A stretch of 63,394 nucleotides of DNA from Patescibacteria group bacterium (GTDB lineage: Bacteria > Patescibacteriota > Minisyncoccia > Phycocordibacterales > Phycocordibacteraceae): contig JBBTSU010000003.1 of assembly GCA_038078715.1 (NCBI GenBank), forward strand, positions 34,861-98,254, in the 5' to 3' direction. The translations under genes and the position numbers were made by a program. The notes under the pieces were generated by a model. The model was not told where the DNA came from, did not search any database, and saw only the letters and a list, made by a program, of their open reading frames with translations. Positions within the stretch are counted from its first letter, which is position 1; each line of letters begins with the position of its first letter. Below, piece by piece: positions 18,278-27,509 of this stretch.

Positions 18278-18934
18278 ATGATTGAGATAGTCCCGACGGT
18301 CGTTCCGGAGTCACTTCAGGACATCGTTGATACAGTGAATCGCTATACGTCATTTGCGACACGTATTCATGTGGACGTAGCAGATGGAGTCTTTGCACCA
18401 AACACCACCTGGATGCCGGGAGAGGGAGAGATGCTTCCTGAAGGAATGGAATACGAGATCCATATGATGGTTGCTGACCCGCATGCAATAGGTCTTCAGT
18501 ATGCAAAAGCAGGTGCGCATTCTTTAATTGGGCACGTAGAAGCATTTGATGGTGCAGAGAATGCCGCTCGTGCATATGAGGCATGGCGCACCGCAGGTAT
18601 TTCTGAGGTGCAGGCAGCGGCACTTTTTCAAACGAGAGTGGAAGATCTTGCGGCCTATGTGCCGATAAGTGACCTGATTCTTCTTATGACTATTGCCTCT
18701 ATTGGCGTACAAGGTATTCCGTTTGAGGAAGAGGGAATTACCCGCATACAGAAATTCCATGATATGTATCCGGACGCTCGCATTGCGGTCGATGGAGGAG
18801 TGTCTATGAAAAACATTGATCGTTTGGTAGAAGCGGGTGCACGACATTGCTGTGTGGGCTCTGCCATCTCTCGTACCGAAGACCCAGCAAAGGCCTATCA
18901 GGATCTACTCGCACTCGGGAACACTGCGCTATAA
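18278..18934 (+). CDS. rpe: Ribulose-phosphate 3-epimerase
   Basis: IHVDVADGVFAPN, EIHMMV, AVDGGV, VGSAI. Confidence 0.88.
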   Translation: MIEIVPTVVPESLQDIVDTVNRYTSFATRIHVDVADGVFAPNTTWMPGEGEMLPEGMEYEIHMMVADPHAIGLQYAKAGAHSLIGHVEAFDGAENAARAYEAWRTAGISEVQAAALFQTRVEDLAAYVPISDLILLMTIASIGVQGIPFEEEGITRIQKFHDMYPDARIAVDGGVSMKNIDRLVEAGARHCCVGSAISRTEDPAKAYQDLLALGNTAL

Positions 18935-18943
18935 TCCCTTTAT

Positions 18944-19783
18944 ATGGCTCTCACCGACGAAACGTTGCAGGCACTTGAAGATAAGGCACGCGAGATTCGC
19001 ATTACGGTTCTTCGGATGTTGAACGCCGCAAAGAGTGGACACACCTCAGGTCCTCTCGGCATGGCAGATATTTTTACTGCACTCTATTTTCATAGCGCCA
19101 AACATGATTCCAAGAACCCAGACTGGGCAGCGCGTGATCGCATTGTCCTTTCAAACGGACATATCACTCCGATTCGCTACGCTACTATGGCGCACGCAGG
19201 ATATTTTCCAATTGAGGAATGTTTGACGCTTCGTAAACTCGGCAGTCGTCTTCAGGGACACCCGGAGCGTGAGAAACTTCCTGGTCTTGAAAGCACCTCG
19301 GGTCCTCTCGGATCTGGGTTGTCACAGGCAGCTGGTATGGCCTATGCACTTCGCATGGATAAGAACAACGCACGCGTCTTTTGTTTGACCTCAGACGGAG
19401 AACAGCAGGAAGGGAACACATGGGAAGGTGCGATGTTTGCCGGGAAGTACCGTCTTTACAACCTCATTCAGATCATGGATCGTAACAACATCCAGATTGA
19501 GGGGAACACCGAAGACATCATGCCGCTTGAGCCACTTGCGGATAAGTACCGCGCATTTAATTGGCACGTGATTGAAATTGATGGACACAACATGCGCGAT
19601 ATTATTGACGCGATTGATGAAGCAAAAGCAGTACGAGAGAAGCCAACACTCATCCTTGCACGCACAATTCCAGGAAAGGGAGTGAAAGATATTGAGTACG
19701 ATTACAAATGGCATGGTAAGCCACCGTCTGATGAAGAGCTTGTGCGTTTCATTGAGCAGGTAGAAGCTACCAAGAACGTATGA
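18944..19783 (+). CDS. tktA: Transketolase N-terminal (TPP-binding) subunit
   Basis: SGHTSG, RDRIVLSNGH, LQGHP, GPLGSGLS, SDGEQQEG..WE. Confidence 0.95.
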   Translation: MALTDETLQALEDKAREIRITVLRMLNAAKSGHTSGPLGMADIFTALYFHSAKHDSKNPDWAARDRIVLSNGHITPIRYATMAHAGYFPIEECLTLRKLGSRLQGHPEREKLPGLESTSGPLGSGLSQAAGMAYALRMDKNNARVFCLTSDGEQQEGNTWEGAMFAGKYRLYNLIQIMDRNNIQIEGNTEDIMPLEPLADKYRAFNWHVIEIDGHNMRDIIDAIDEAKAVREKPTLILARTIPGKGVKDIEYDYKWHGKPPSDEELVRFIEQVEATKNV

Positions 19784-20766
19784 TTAACCCACTTGCAAAA
19801 CTTGTTCCAGGACTTCTTGAAGGGAAGCCAGAAAAGAAGCCAACCCGTGATGGGTTTGGGAACGGTACCGTTGAAGCCGGAAAAGAGAATCCGAATGTCG
19901 TCGTTCTCTCTGCGGACCTTGGTGACTCTACGCGTGCGGCATGGTTCCAGAAGGAATTTCCGGACCGTTATGTAGAGGTGGGAGTTGCAGAGCAGAATCT
20001 AGCAACGGTGGCTGCAGGAATGGCAAACGAAGGAAAGATTCCCTTCATCGCCTCTTACGCTGCCTTTTCTCCAGGACGTAACTGGGAACAGATCCGCACA
20101 ACGATTGCGCTTAACAACATGCCGGTGAAAGTATGTGGTATGCACGCAGGTATTCAGACCGGTCCTGACGGCGCAACGCATCAGATGCTTGAAGACATTG
20201 CTCTTATGCGTGCCATGCCAAACATGATGGTGATGGTGCCGGGAGATGCAGAGGAGGGCAAGAAGTGTGCGGTCGCTGCTGCTCGTTTGAATCATCCGGT
20301 CTATATCCGCTATGGTCGTGCAAGTGAGCCGGTGTTCACGACTCCTGAGACGCCATTTGAAATTGGGAAGGCGCTCAATCTCTGGGAGAGTAAGAATCCA
20401 AAAGTGGCCATTTTCACCACTGGCTCCATTGCGTATCAGGCACTTTCTGCCGCAAAGACTCTTGCAGAAGAGGGAATAGACGTGGTCGTCACCCACTTCC
20501 ATACGGTAAAGCCGATAGATCGCGAAGCGATTATCACTGCTGCAAAGGACATCGGGAAGATCATTACGCTTGAGGAGCATCAGACCATGGGAGGCTTTGG
20601 AAGCGCGGTTGCTGAAGTAGTAAGTGAAGAATATCCTGCACAGGTGATTCGTATGGGGATCCAAGATGAGTTCGGGCAATCAGGAGAAGCGGATGAACTC
20701 ATGGAGTACTACAAACTCACCGCTCCCCACATCGTGGCGAAAGTGAAGAGTGTGGCGGGCGTATAA
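19780..20766 (+). CDS. tktB: Transketolase C-terminal subunit
   Basis: LSADLGDST, GVAEQN, GPDGATHQ, EEHQTMGG.GSAV. Confidence 0.95.
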   Translation: MINPLAKLVPGLLEGKPEKKPTRDGFGNGTVEAGKENPNVVVLSADLGDSTRAAWFQKEFPDRYVEVGVAEQNLATVAAGMANEGKIPFIASYAAFSPGRNWEQIRTTIALNNMPVKVCGMHAGIQTGPDGATHQMLEDIALMRAMPNMMVMVPGDAEEGKKCAVAAARLNHPVYIRYGRASEPVFTTPETPFEIGKALNLWESKNPKVAIFTTGSIAYQALSAAKTLAEEGIDVVVTHFHTVKPIDREAIITAAKDIGKIITLEEHQTMGGFGSAVAEVVSEEYPAQVIRMGIQDEFGQSGEADELMEYYKLTAPHIVAKVKSVAGV

Positions 20767-20773
20767 TATTTGT

Positions 20774-20944
20774 ATGGGAAAACAGCGCGTTGATCCAGGA
20801 GTAGAGAAAGGATTCTCACTCTTACTCGTCGCATTTGTATCACTTGCAATCGGATATCTCATTTCACAGGCAATCACACACAACAAGTTTGAGCGCTCTG
20901 AGCAAACCGTAGAAGAGAGAATTAAGCAGAGCGATCAGGAATAG
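20774..20944 (+). CDS. Small single-pass membrane protein
   Basis: ATG 20774 lies 6 nt after TATAAT; hydrophobic FSLLLVAFVSLAIGYLIS; fills the gap between tkt and fbp. Confidence 0.55.
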   Translation: MGKQRVDPGVEKGFSLLLVAFVSLAIGYLISQAITHNKFERSEQTVEERIKQSDQE

Positions 20945-20945
20945 T

Positions 20946-21869
20946 ATGGCGACATTGAAAGAACATATCTTGGAACTCGGTGTTGATGCTGGGCTTACAT
21001 CTATTCTTCTTGACCTTGCACAGGTAGAGGTAGAGATCTATGACTCTATCCGCATGCGCGACATGGTGAAGAAGGGGGACACGAATGCGACTGGAGATAC
21101 GCAGTCTGCGCTTGATGTTGCGTCTGAGGAGCTCATTGCAAAGACACTTGATGCTAATAGTCATGTCTGCTCTCACTTGTCTGAGGAGTGTGTGGATCTA
21201 AAGACCTGTTCTGCCACCGGTACGTACTTTGTGTCCTATGACCCGTATGACGGGGGTTCCGTGGGAGATGCTGATATCACGGTCGGTTCTATATTTGGTA
21301 TCTGGAGTGAACCACCAGTGCTCGGGGGAGCGGCAGGAAAGAATATTATATGCGGTGCCTACACGCTCTGGGGACCAAATCTTGCGTTTGCATTTGCCAC
21401 TCATGAACATGGTGCGTTTTGGTATGAGTATGATGGAAGTGAGTATCAGCTTATCGGTCCACTGAACTTTGATATGGAGGGACTCCATAAGGGAATCTTC
21501 TGCCCAGGGGACAGTCCTGCGATGCTCGCGAGTCCTGCTTACGAAGGACTATTTAAATATGCAATGGAACAGAAGTTCCGCCTTCGGTACACTGGCTGTT
21601 GCATGACGGATACGCACCACGTACTTCATAAGAAAGGAATGTTTTGGTACCCACCAGGAAAGAAGGGAGGCCTTCGCCTTATGTATGAAGCCGTCCCGCT
21701 TGGTTTTATGGTCATTGCCGCAGGAGGCACCGCAATAGATCACACAGGGGCTAACCTTCTGGATGTGCCGGTGAACGAGTGGCACCAGCGTTCGTCGCTC
21801 ATGTTTGTATCTCCTGGATATGAAGAGGAAGCGACTCTACGCTTCCTCGAAGTAGGGAAAGGACACTAG
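20946..21869 (+). CDS. fbp: Fructose-1,6-bisphosphatase class I
   Basis: NATGDTQSALD, SEE, YDPYDGGS, VGSIFGI, LRYTG, LRLMYEAVP. Confidence 0.88.
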   Translation: MATLKEHILELGVDAGLTSILLDLAQVEVEIYDSIRMRDMVKKGDTNATGDTQSALDVASEELIAKTLDANSHVCSHLSEECVDLKTCSATGTYFVSYDPYDGGSVGDADITVGSIFGIWSEPPVLGGAAGKNIICGAYTLWGPNLAFAFATHEHGAFWYEYDGSEYQLIGPLNFDMEGLHKGIFCPGDSPAMLASPAYEGLFKYAMEQKFRLRYTGCCMTDTHHVLHKKGMFWYPPGKKGGLRLMYEAVPLGFMVIAAGGTAIDHTGANLLDVPVNEWHQRSSLMFVSPGYEEEATLRFLEVGKGH

Positions 21870-22855
21870 ATTTCCTTGATCGCGTACTCCGCAGGTGCTT
21901 TTGCAATGTAATCCTCCAGGACTTTTCGTGAGAGAAGTCCGCGCTGTGCACCGATATCCTGGACGACTGACATAGAGTTTACTGGACCCCAGAGGAGTGC
22001 TTCGTGAAGTGGTTTGCCGAGGGTGAGTGCGGCGGCCACAGTAGACGCAAATGCATCTCCTGCGCCAGTGCGTTCTTTCGGAGCGCGTACATCAGGATAC
22101 ATAGGAACGAAGTACGTCTTCGTACCATCATATGCGTATGCACCATTTCGTCCGTCCGTGATAAGTGCGGTCTTTGGACCAAGTGCTCGCATCTTCTGTA
22201 GGAGTTCTTTGATGTCCTGGGGTCCAGAGAGGCCAAGAATACGTTCTGCTTCTTCTTTGTTCACAACGACAAAGTCTGCACGCTTGTATATACGTGCGAA
22301 CTTCTCAATGCCAAGCTTCATCTGGAACGTGCCTGGTTGAAACGCAAAGAAGACGTTTGGATGTGCTTCGGCGTATGCGGCAACTGCATCATGGTATCCT
22401 TCCGTTCCTTCCCCAAGAGAAGAGAGGTAGATGGTTTTTGGTGCAGGAAGTTTCGGAAGTGCGTAGGGGTAGTGCTCGTGCTTCACGAGGATAGTGCGCT
22501 CACTCTCAAAAGAGAGCACGTAGTGGTGATTGGTGGGGATGCCCGCGTGGAGTTTTACGAACTTCGTATCAATCTTCTCTTTCTTAAACACGTTTAGGAT
22601 CTCTTTTCCATATGCATCCTTGCCGGTGTTGGTGACAAAGGCAGTCTTAAGCCCCAGACGTGCTGCGGAGACCGCGGCATTGGCCGCATTGCCCACGCCC
22701 GCGACCATAGTGGCGGACTTAAAAGGGATTTTATCGCCCCAACGCATGGAGATTTCACACTCTTCGTCATCAATCTTGCAATGCACACGCGCATCCTGTA
22801 GCTCAATAAATTCATCAACAACCGTATCACCAATGGAAATAAATTCTGTAGTCAT
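21866..22855 (-). CDS. PfkB-family carbohydrate kinase
   Basis: GNAANAAVSAARLG, VNKEEA, ERTGAGDAFAS. Confidence 0.9.
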   Translation of the reverse strand: MTTEFISIGDTVVDEFIELQDARVHCKIDDEECEISMRWGDKIPFKSATMVAGVGNAANAAVSAARLGLKTAFVTNTGKDAYGKEILNVFKKEKIDTKFVKLHAGIPTNHHYVLSFESERTILVKHEHYPYALPKLPAPKTIYLSSLGEGTEGYHDAVAAYAEAHPNVFFAFQPGTFQMKLGIEKFARIYKRADFVVVNKEEAERILGLSGPQDIKELLQKMRALGPKTALITDGRNGAYAYDGTKTYFVPMYPDVRAPKERTGAGDAFASTVAAALTLGKPLHEALLWGPVNSMSVVQDIGAQRGLLSRKVLEDYIAKAPAEYAIKEI

Positions 22856-22887
22856 AGTGAAAAGTGTAGCATGCTATCCTTTTGGTA

Positions 22888-23868
22888 ATGATTGATCTTG
22901 AAGCCTGCGCACGGTCTTTGGTCGCCGAAGGGAAGGGGCTTCTTGCACTTGATGAAAGTGACGAGGCGCTTGATGCGCGGTTCTCAGCTGCCGGCATCAC
23001 GCCGTCTCCCGCGACGCGGAAGGAGTATCGGGGCATGCTTCTTAATTCATCGGGTATTGAAGAATGTATATCGGGTGTTCTTCTTGCAAAGGGAAGCATG
23101 ACGACATTTGCAAAGATTCTTCATGATCGTGACATCGTTCCTGGCGTTCGTGCAGATGAAGGTGCAGAACCAATGGGAGAGAGTGAGGACGAATGTCTCA
23201 CCAAAGGACTTATTAGTCTTCCCGAGATGCTTCTTAAGTCACGGGAGAATCACCACACCGGTTTTGCGAAGTGGCGTGCGCTCATTCGTATCAATGGTGA
23301 TCACTTGCCGACGGCCAGTGCGCTCGTGGAGAATGCAAAACGACTGGCGATGTATGCGCGCCAGGTGCAGGAACACGGCATGGTGCCGATCGTAGAGATG
23401 GAAGTGAGTAGTGAAGGAAGCCATAGCCGACTTCGTGCAAAGGTAGTGACGGAAGAAGCATTGTCGGCGCTGGTGCACGCACTTAAAGATCAGGCGATTG
23501 ATCTTTCCGGTGTGCTCGTTGAAACTTCCATGGTGCGTTCGGGGAAGGAGAACGGACGAACGGATTCACCAGAAGAGGTGGCCACCGATACGCTTGAGGT
23601 GCTTCAAAAGGTTGTGCCACGTCATGTACTCGGTGTGGTCTTTCTTTCAGGGGGACAGACGCCTGATCAAGCCACCGACAATCTACGAGCGATCGTACAG
23701 GCCGGAAAGAAGGGAAATGTACCCTGGCCGCTTACGTTTTGTTATGCACGCGCCCTTCAGGAAGAGGCGCTCGCGATATGGGGAGGGAAGGAAGAGCACA
23801 TGGATGCCGCGCGGGAAGCCTTCCTCACACGCCTACGGAAAGTGGGGGCCGCCGCCCGAGGAGAGTAG
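22888..23868 (+). CDS. fba: Fructose-bisphosphate aldolase class I-like protein; Schiff-base Lys position is Glu
   Basis: GKGLLALDES, FAKWRA, VPIVE, FLSGGQ, WPLTFCYARALQ; GVLVETSMV aligns to canonical GTLLKPNMV. Confidence 0.85.
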   Translation: MIDLEACARSLVAEGKGLLALDESDEALDARFSAAGITPSPATRKEYRGMLLNSSGIEECISGVLLAKGSMTTFAKILHDRDIVPGVRADEGAEPMGESEDECLTKGLISLPEMLLKSRENHHTGFAKWRALIRINGDHLPTASALVENAKRLAMYARQVQEHGMVPIVEMEVSSEGSHSRLRAKVVTEEALSALVHALKDQAIDLSGVLVETSMVRSGKENGRTDSPEEVATDTLEVLQKVVPRHVLGVVFLSGGQTPDQATDNLRAIVQAGKKGNVPWPLTFCYARALQEEALAIWGGKEEHMDAAREAFLTRLRKVGAAARGE

Positions 23869-23914
23869 GGAGTGCTTGATTTTATGGGGTTGGTAGGGCA
23901 TACTCGCCCCTATC

Positions 23915-24556
23915 ATGCTTACGCTTACAGTTACGAAACGAGAGGAGACCGGAAAGCGCTCAAAGCGCCTTTTGAATGACGGATTCATGCCGGCAGTGGT
24001 CTACGGTCCAAAGCAGGAGGCGACGCCAATCAGCGTCCCACTTCCCGAGTTTGTGAAGATGCTTAAGAAGGCAGGAGAGTCCTCAGTGATTGAACTCTCT
24101 GGTCTTGGCGCATCAGTCCAGGTGCTTGTGCACGAGGTAGATCGCGATCCTATTACGGATGCTCCTCGTCACGCAGACTTTTATGCAATAGAGAAGGGTG
24201 CAAAAGTTGAAGTTGCCGTGCCATTTACCTTCGTTGGTGAGTCTCCAGCCGTGAAGGCAGGGGCAAACCTTGTGAAGGTGCTTCACGAGCTTGAGATCAA
24301 GGCAGACGCGGCGAACCTTCCACATGACATTGAGGTAGACATTTCTAGTCTTGCCGCTATTGGCGATCAGATTCTTGTGTCGGATCTTAAGATCCCTACA
24401 GGAGTAGAAGTAGAAGTAGAAGCAGACCAGGTCGTTGCCGTCATCCAGGAAGTGACTGTTGAAGAAGAGGCGCCGATTGCTGCTCCTGACATGGCATCTA
24501 TTGAAGTAGAGAAGAAGGGGAAGACTGAAGAAGAAGGGGACGCTCCTAAGGAATAG
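23915..24556 (+). CDS. rplY: 50S ribosomal protein L25 / Ctc
   Basis: MPAVVYGP, HADFY, VKAGANL, LPHDIEVDISSL, acidic tail. Confidence 0.95.
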   Translation: MLTLTVTKREETGKRSKRLLNDGFMPAVVYGPKQEATPISVPLPEFVKMLKKAGESSVIELSGLGASVQVLVHEVDRDPITDAPRHADFYAIEKGAKVEVAVPFTFVGESPAVKAGANLVKVLHELEIKADAANLPHDIEVDISSLAAIGDQILVSDLKIPTGVEVEVEADQVVAVIQEVTVEEEAPIAAPDMASIEVEKKGKTEEEGDAPKE

Positions 24557-25994
24557 GAATCTCTACCACGAGCACTGCATTGGCTCCCCAAGGAGTCTCT
24601 GCAATGATGGTTCCTCGCGGCGTTACCGCATAGGACGGAGACGCGTTTGCGGACACAAGGAAGTATCGTTGTGTATAGACGGCATGTACTTTTGCAAGCT
24701 GGGTAAGGCGTCTGTGGACGAGACGTGATCCGTGGAACCAGGCATTGTTTGCTACGTTGATAAGCACGTCTGCTCCCTGGTCACGTACCAGAGAATGATA
24801 CAGAGAGGGAGACAATATTTCTGAACAGAGGAGGGCAGCGATACGTGTGGTACCGAATGAAATGACTTCGGTTCTGGATCCTCGTCGCGTCACTCGTTCG
24901 TAGTGGTCTTTGAGATAGTCCGTGAGTTCGGTGCTATGGCTCAAGAAAAAGAGCGTACGAAGTACGGGTGGCAAATACTCACCAAGAGGGACGAGGAGTG
25001 TTTTCTGGTGCGTTCCCAGAAGGCCCTCTGTACTGCTCCAGTACGTGAGTGTTCCATATCCTGTCTGGTCGGTACTTGACGCGTAGTGTGATCCTATGAC
25101 TAAAAGCTCGCCTGGGTAGGTAAGTGGAGATCCGTTCAATCCATACCCCTCTGGGAATACCAACATATCAAGCGGCGTCGTTGGAGAAGCGAGGATGGTG
25201 TGTATAGAGGCGAAGGAGTCAGCAGTGGGTGCGACACCCGCGTGTATATCCGTGGCAACCAGTCCCACGCGAAGTGTATTCGTGTGTGTATTCATCGGTG
25301 CATACAAAAAGAATGGGAGGAGTAGCAAGGTGAGAAGTGCGATAATTCCAGTCTGACGCATGGCGCGATGAGGAATACAGAGGGCAGCGATACTACCGGC
25401 GCTAAGGCCAAAGGCAATATTGAGTGCATGGAATCCACCAAGACGTGCAAATTGAAGAAGGTGCGGTTGCTCGGTGAGCGCGTAACCAAGGGAAGTAATG
25501 GAGAAATATGAATTCAGTACCGATTCTGGAGCGAGTACCAAAAGTGCAAATGACCACGTGCGCACAACCTCCACTCCTCCCCAGAGGAGGGCAGCGCCGA
25601 GGGGTGCATAGGGGGAGGTCCGGAGGAGAGAAAGGACGTAGGCACCTACAGCATGGGGAAGTGCAAGTGCGAAGCTTGCTGCAACCCACGTGATACTGAC
25701 CAGGAGGTACTCAGTTCCTTCAGGGACTCCCATCCATGCAAGGGGGAGCGTGTCAAAGAACCATATAAGTCCTGCCGCACTTGTGAGCACACCGAACAAA
25801 AGTCCATATCCAAGAAGTGCAGCGAGCGAGTGTGGACGGGACCAGAGGATATAGAGATACGTGGCGGCACCAATAATGCTGAAGGGGAAGAGTGTGGGGA
25901 CGAGAAGGCCAGACGACGCAAGAATCCCCGCAGACACGACCTGAATCAGAGGAGAGGTGGCACATCGCCGTACAAAGGGGGTGTGTATAGACAT
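24546..25994 (-). CDS. lnt: Apolipoprotein N-acyltransferase
   Basis: Multi-TM N-terminus; nitrilase triad FPEG / QKTLLVPLGEY / LLCSE; NVANNAWF. Start taken at ATG 25994. Confidence 0.88.
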   Translation of the reverse strand: MSIHTPFVRRCATSPLIQVVSAGILASSGLLVPTLFPFSIIGAATYLYILWSRPHSLAALLGYGLLFGVLTSAAGLIWFFDTLPLAWMGVPEGTEYLLVSITWVAASFALALPHAVGAYVLSLLRTSPYAPLGAALLWGGVEVVRTWSFALLVLAPESVLNSYFSITSLGYALTEQPHLLQFARLGGFHALNIAFGLSAGSIAALCIPHRAMRQTGIIALLTLLLLPFFLYAPMNTHTNTLRVGLVATDIHAGVAPTADSFASIHTILASPTTPLDMLVFPEGYGLNGSPLTYPGELLVIGSHYASSTDQTGYGTLTYWSSTEGLLGTHQKTLLVPLGEYLPPVLRTLFFLSHSTELTDYLKDHYERVTRRGSRTEVISFGTTRIAALLCSEILSPSLYHSLVRDQGADVLINVANNAWFHGSRLVHRRLTQLAKVHAVYTQRYFLVSANASPSYAVTPRGTIIAETPWGANAVLVVEIPIP

Positions 25995-26032
25995 ACACCG
26001 AAAATGTCTCTCTAGTATACACTTTGTGGTAT

Positions 26033-27472
26033 ATGACCTTTTCTTCGTCACTACTCCGTGTAGGGATGCTTATGAGCGTTCTTATACTATCCGTGAGTAT
26101 TGCGGCACCCGCAGATGCAAACTGTTTTGGGGGTGGTGGCTCGTGTGGAATTAATCTTGAATTAAGTGGTGCGGTCATAGTGAATGTCTCGGACAACACC
26201 ATTACGGCAGGAGAACCAGTCTATATCACGTGGTATGGAATGATGGCGAATAGTTGTGAAGCAAACTTTACGTACGCTCCCATAGAAAACATTTATGGAG
26301 GAGAAGTGTGCGATGACGTAAACAATGTGTGTTACACACCAGACCCCGCTCAATATCCTGCGGGAGGTGCCACTACCTATCCGACTGCAACCGTCACGTA
26401 TACGGTGACCTGTCTTGATTCATACAGCCAATATGAAGCAGCACCTCAATATGTGACTGACAGCGAGACCGTGACCGTGAGTCCTGCAGTAGCCGCAGAC
26501 TTGATTGCGGGTGCCACCACCGTGTCTGCCAATCCTGCGCCAGGAGTAGCGGCGACCCTTACGTCATCGGTCACTAACTATGGTGGTACTGATGCGACGT
26601 CGTTCCCGAACATATTCCAGATAGAGAATGTGGGAGTCGTGGCGGCACAAACACTCACCCTTACCGCAAGTGGTGGTGCCAATGATTCTGATCCGCTTTC
26701 CGCATCGTATACGTTTGTCTCAAGTGGTGCATATCGCGTGCGTGCGTGTGCGGACAATAACACCAGCTGGATTGGGACCGTAAGCGAAACCAATGAAGGA
26801 AATAACTGTAGTGTGTGGACTGACGTGGCGGTGGCTCCTCCTGCGCCTGAGTGTTCTGATGGACAAGACAACAATAGTGCGGGTGGTTCCGATTATCCTA
26901 ATGATTCATCTTGTACAAGTGCAGACGATGATACAGAAGATGGCGTGGTTGCTTCAGTGTCGTGTACGGTTGATTCCGCGAATGTAACGGTGGGAGGTCA
27001 AACGACTTATCATGCGGTCCCCGCAAATGGTGCAGGCGCTCCGTACATCTGGACACCGTCTTCGCAAACGAATTGTACCGGTACTGTTGACCGCACCTGT
27101 ACCTTCCCAACCGCAGGACAGTACACCATGAGCGTACAGGCGACGGGTGCAACAAATCCCGCAACCTGTCCCACGGTTACCGCAGGCTGTAGCGGCCCAG
27201 TCTCAGTGTCTATCACTGCAGACGGAGAGAATGATGACGTGCGTGTTGAAGATGGTAGTAGCGTAAGCATTGCCTGGATCGTCTCGGGCACCTCTTCTGC
27301 CTGTACTGTGTCGGGTACTGATGGGTATAGTAGTAATTTTACGCCGACGACCTGCAATGTTTCAGATTCGGTGAGTCGCACGGTTACGACGCAGACTATC
27401 TATACACTCACTTGTGGAGGAACGAACGACACGGTAATTGTGAACGTAGGAACGAATTTGGAAGAATTTTAG
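26033..27472 (+). CDS. Secreted Cys-rich protein with CARDB-like domain, CSDGxDN Ca-binding-type repeat and PKD/Ig-like domains
   Basis: Signal peptide; ADLIAG..VTNYG..YRVRACAD....VSETNEGNNCS; CSDGQDNNSAGGSDYPNDSSC. Confidence 0.8.
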   Translation: MTFSSSLLRVGMLMSVLILSVSIAAPADANCFGGGGSCGINLELSGAVIVNVSDNTITAGEPVYITWYGMMANSCEANFTYAPIENIYGGEVCDDVNNVCYTPDPAQYPAGGATTYPTATVTYTVTCLDSYSQYEAAPQYVTDSETVTVSPAVAADLIAGATTVSANPAPGVAATLTSSVTNYGGTDATSFPNIFQIENVGVVAAQTLTLTASGGANDSDPLSASYTFVSSGAYRVRACADNNTSWIGTVSETNEGNNCSVWTDVAVAPPAPECSDGQDNNSAGGSDYPNDSSCTSADDDTEDGVVASVSCTVDSANVTVGGQTTYHAVPANGAGAPYIWTPSSQTNCTGTVDRTCTFPTAGQYTMSVQATGATNPATCPTVTAGCSGPVSVSITADGENDDVRVEDGSSVSIAWIVSGTSSACTVSGTDGYSSNFTPTTCNVSDSVSRTVTTQTIYTLTCGGTNDTVIVNVGTNLEEF

Positions 27473-27509
27473 TAAGGGTCGGTGCGGAGACTCGTCTGAT
27501 ATACTGAAA

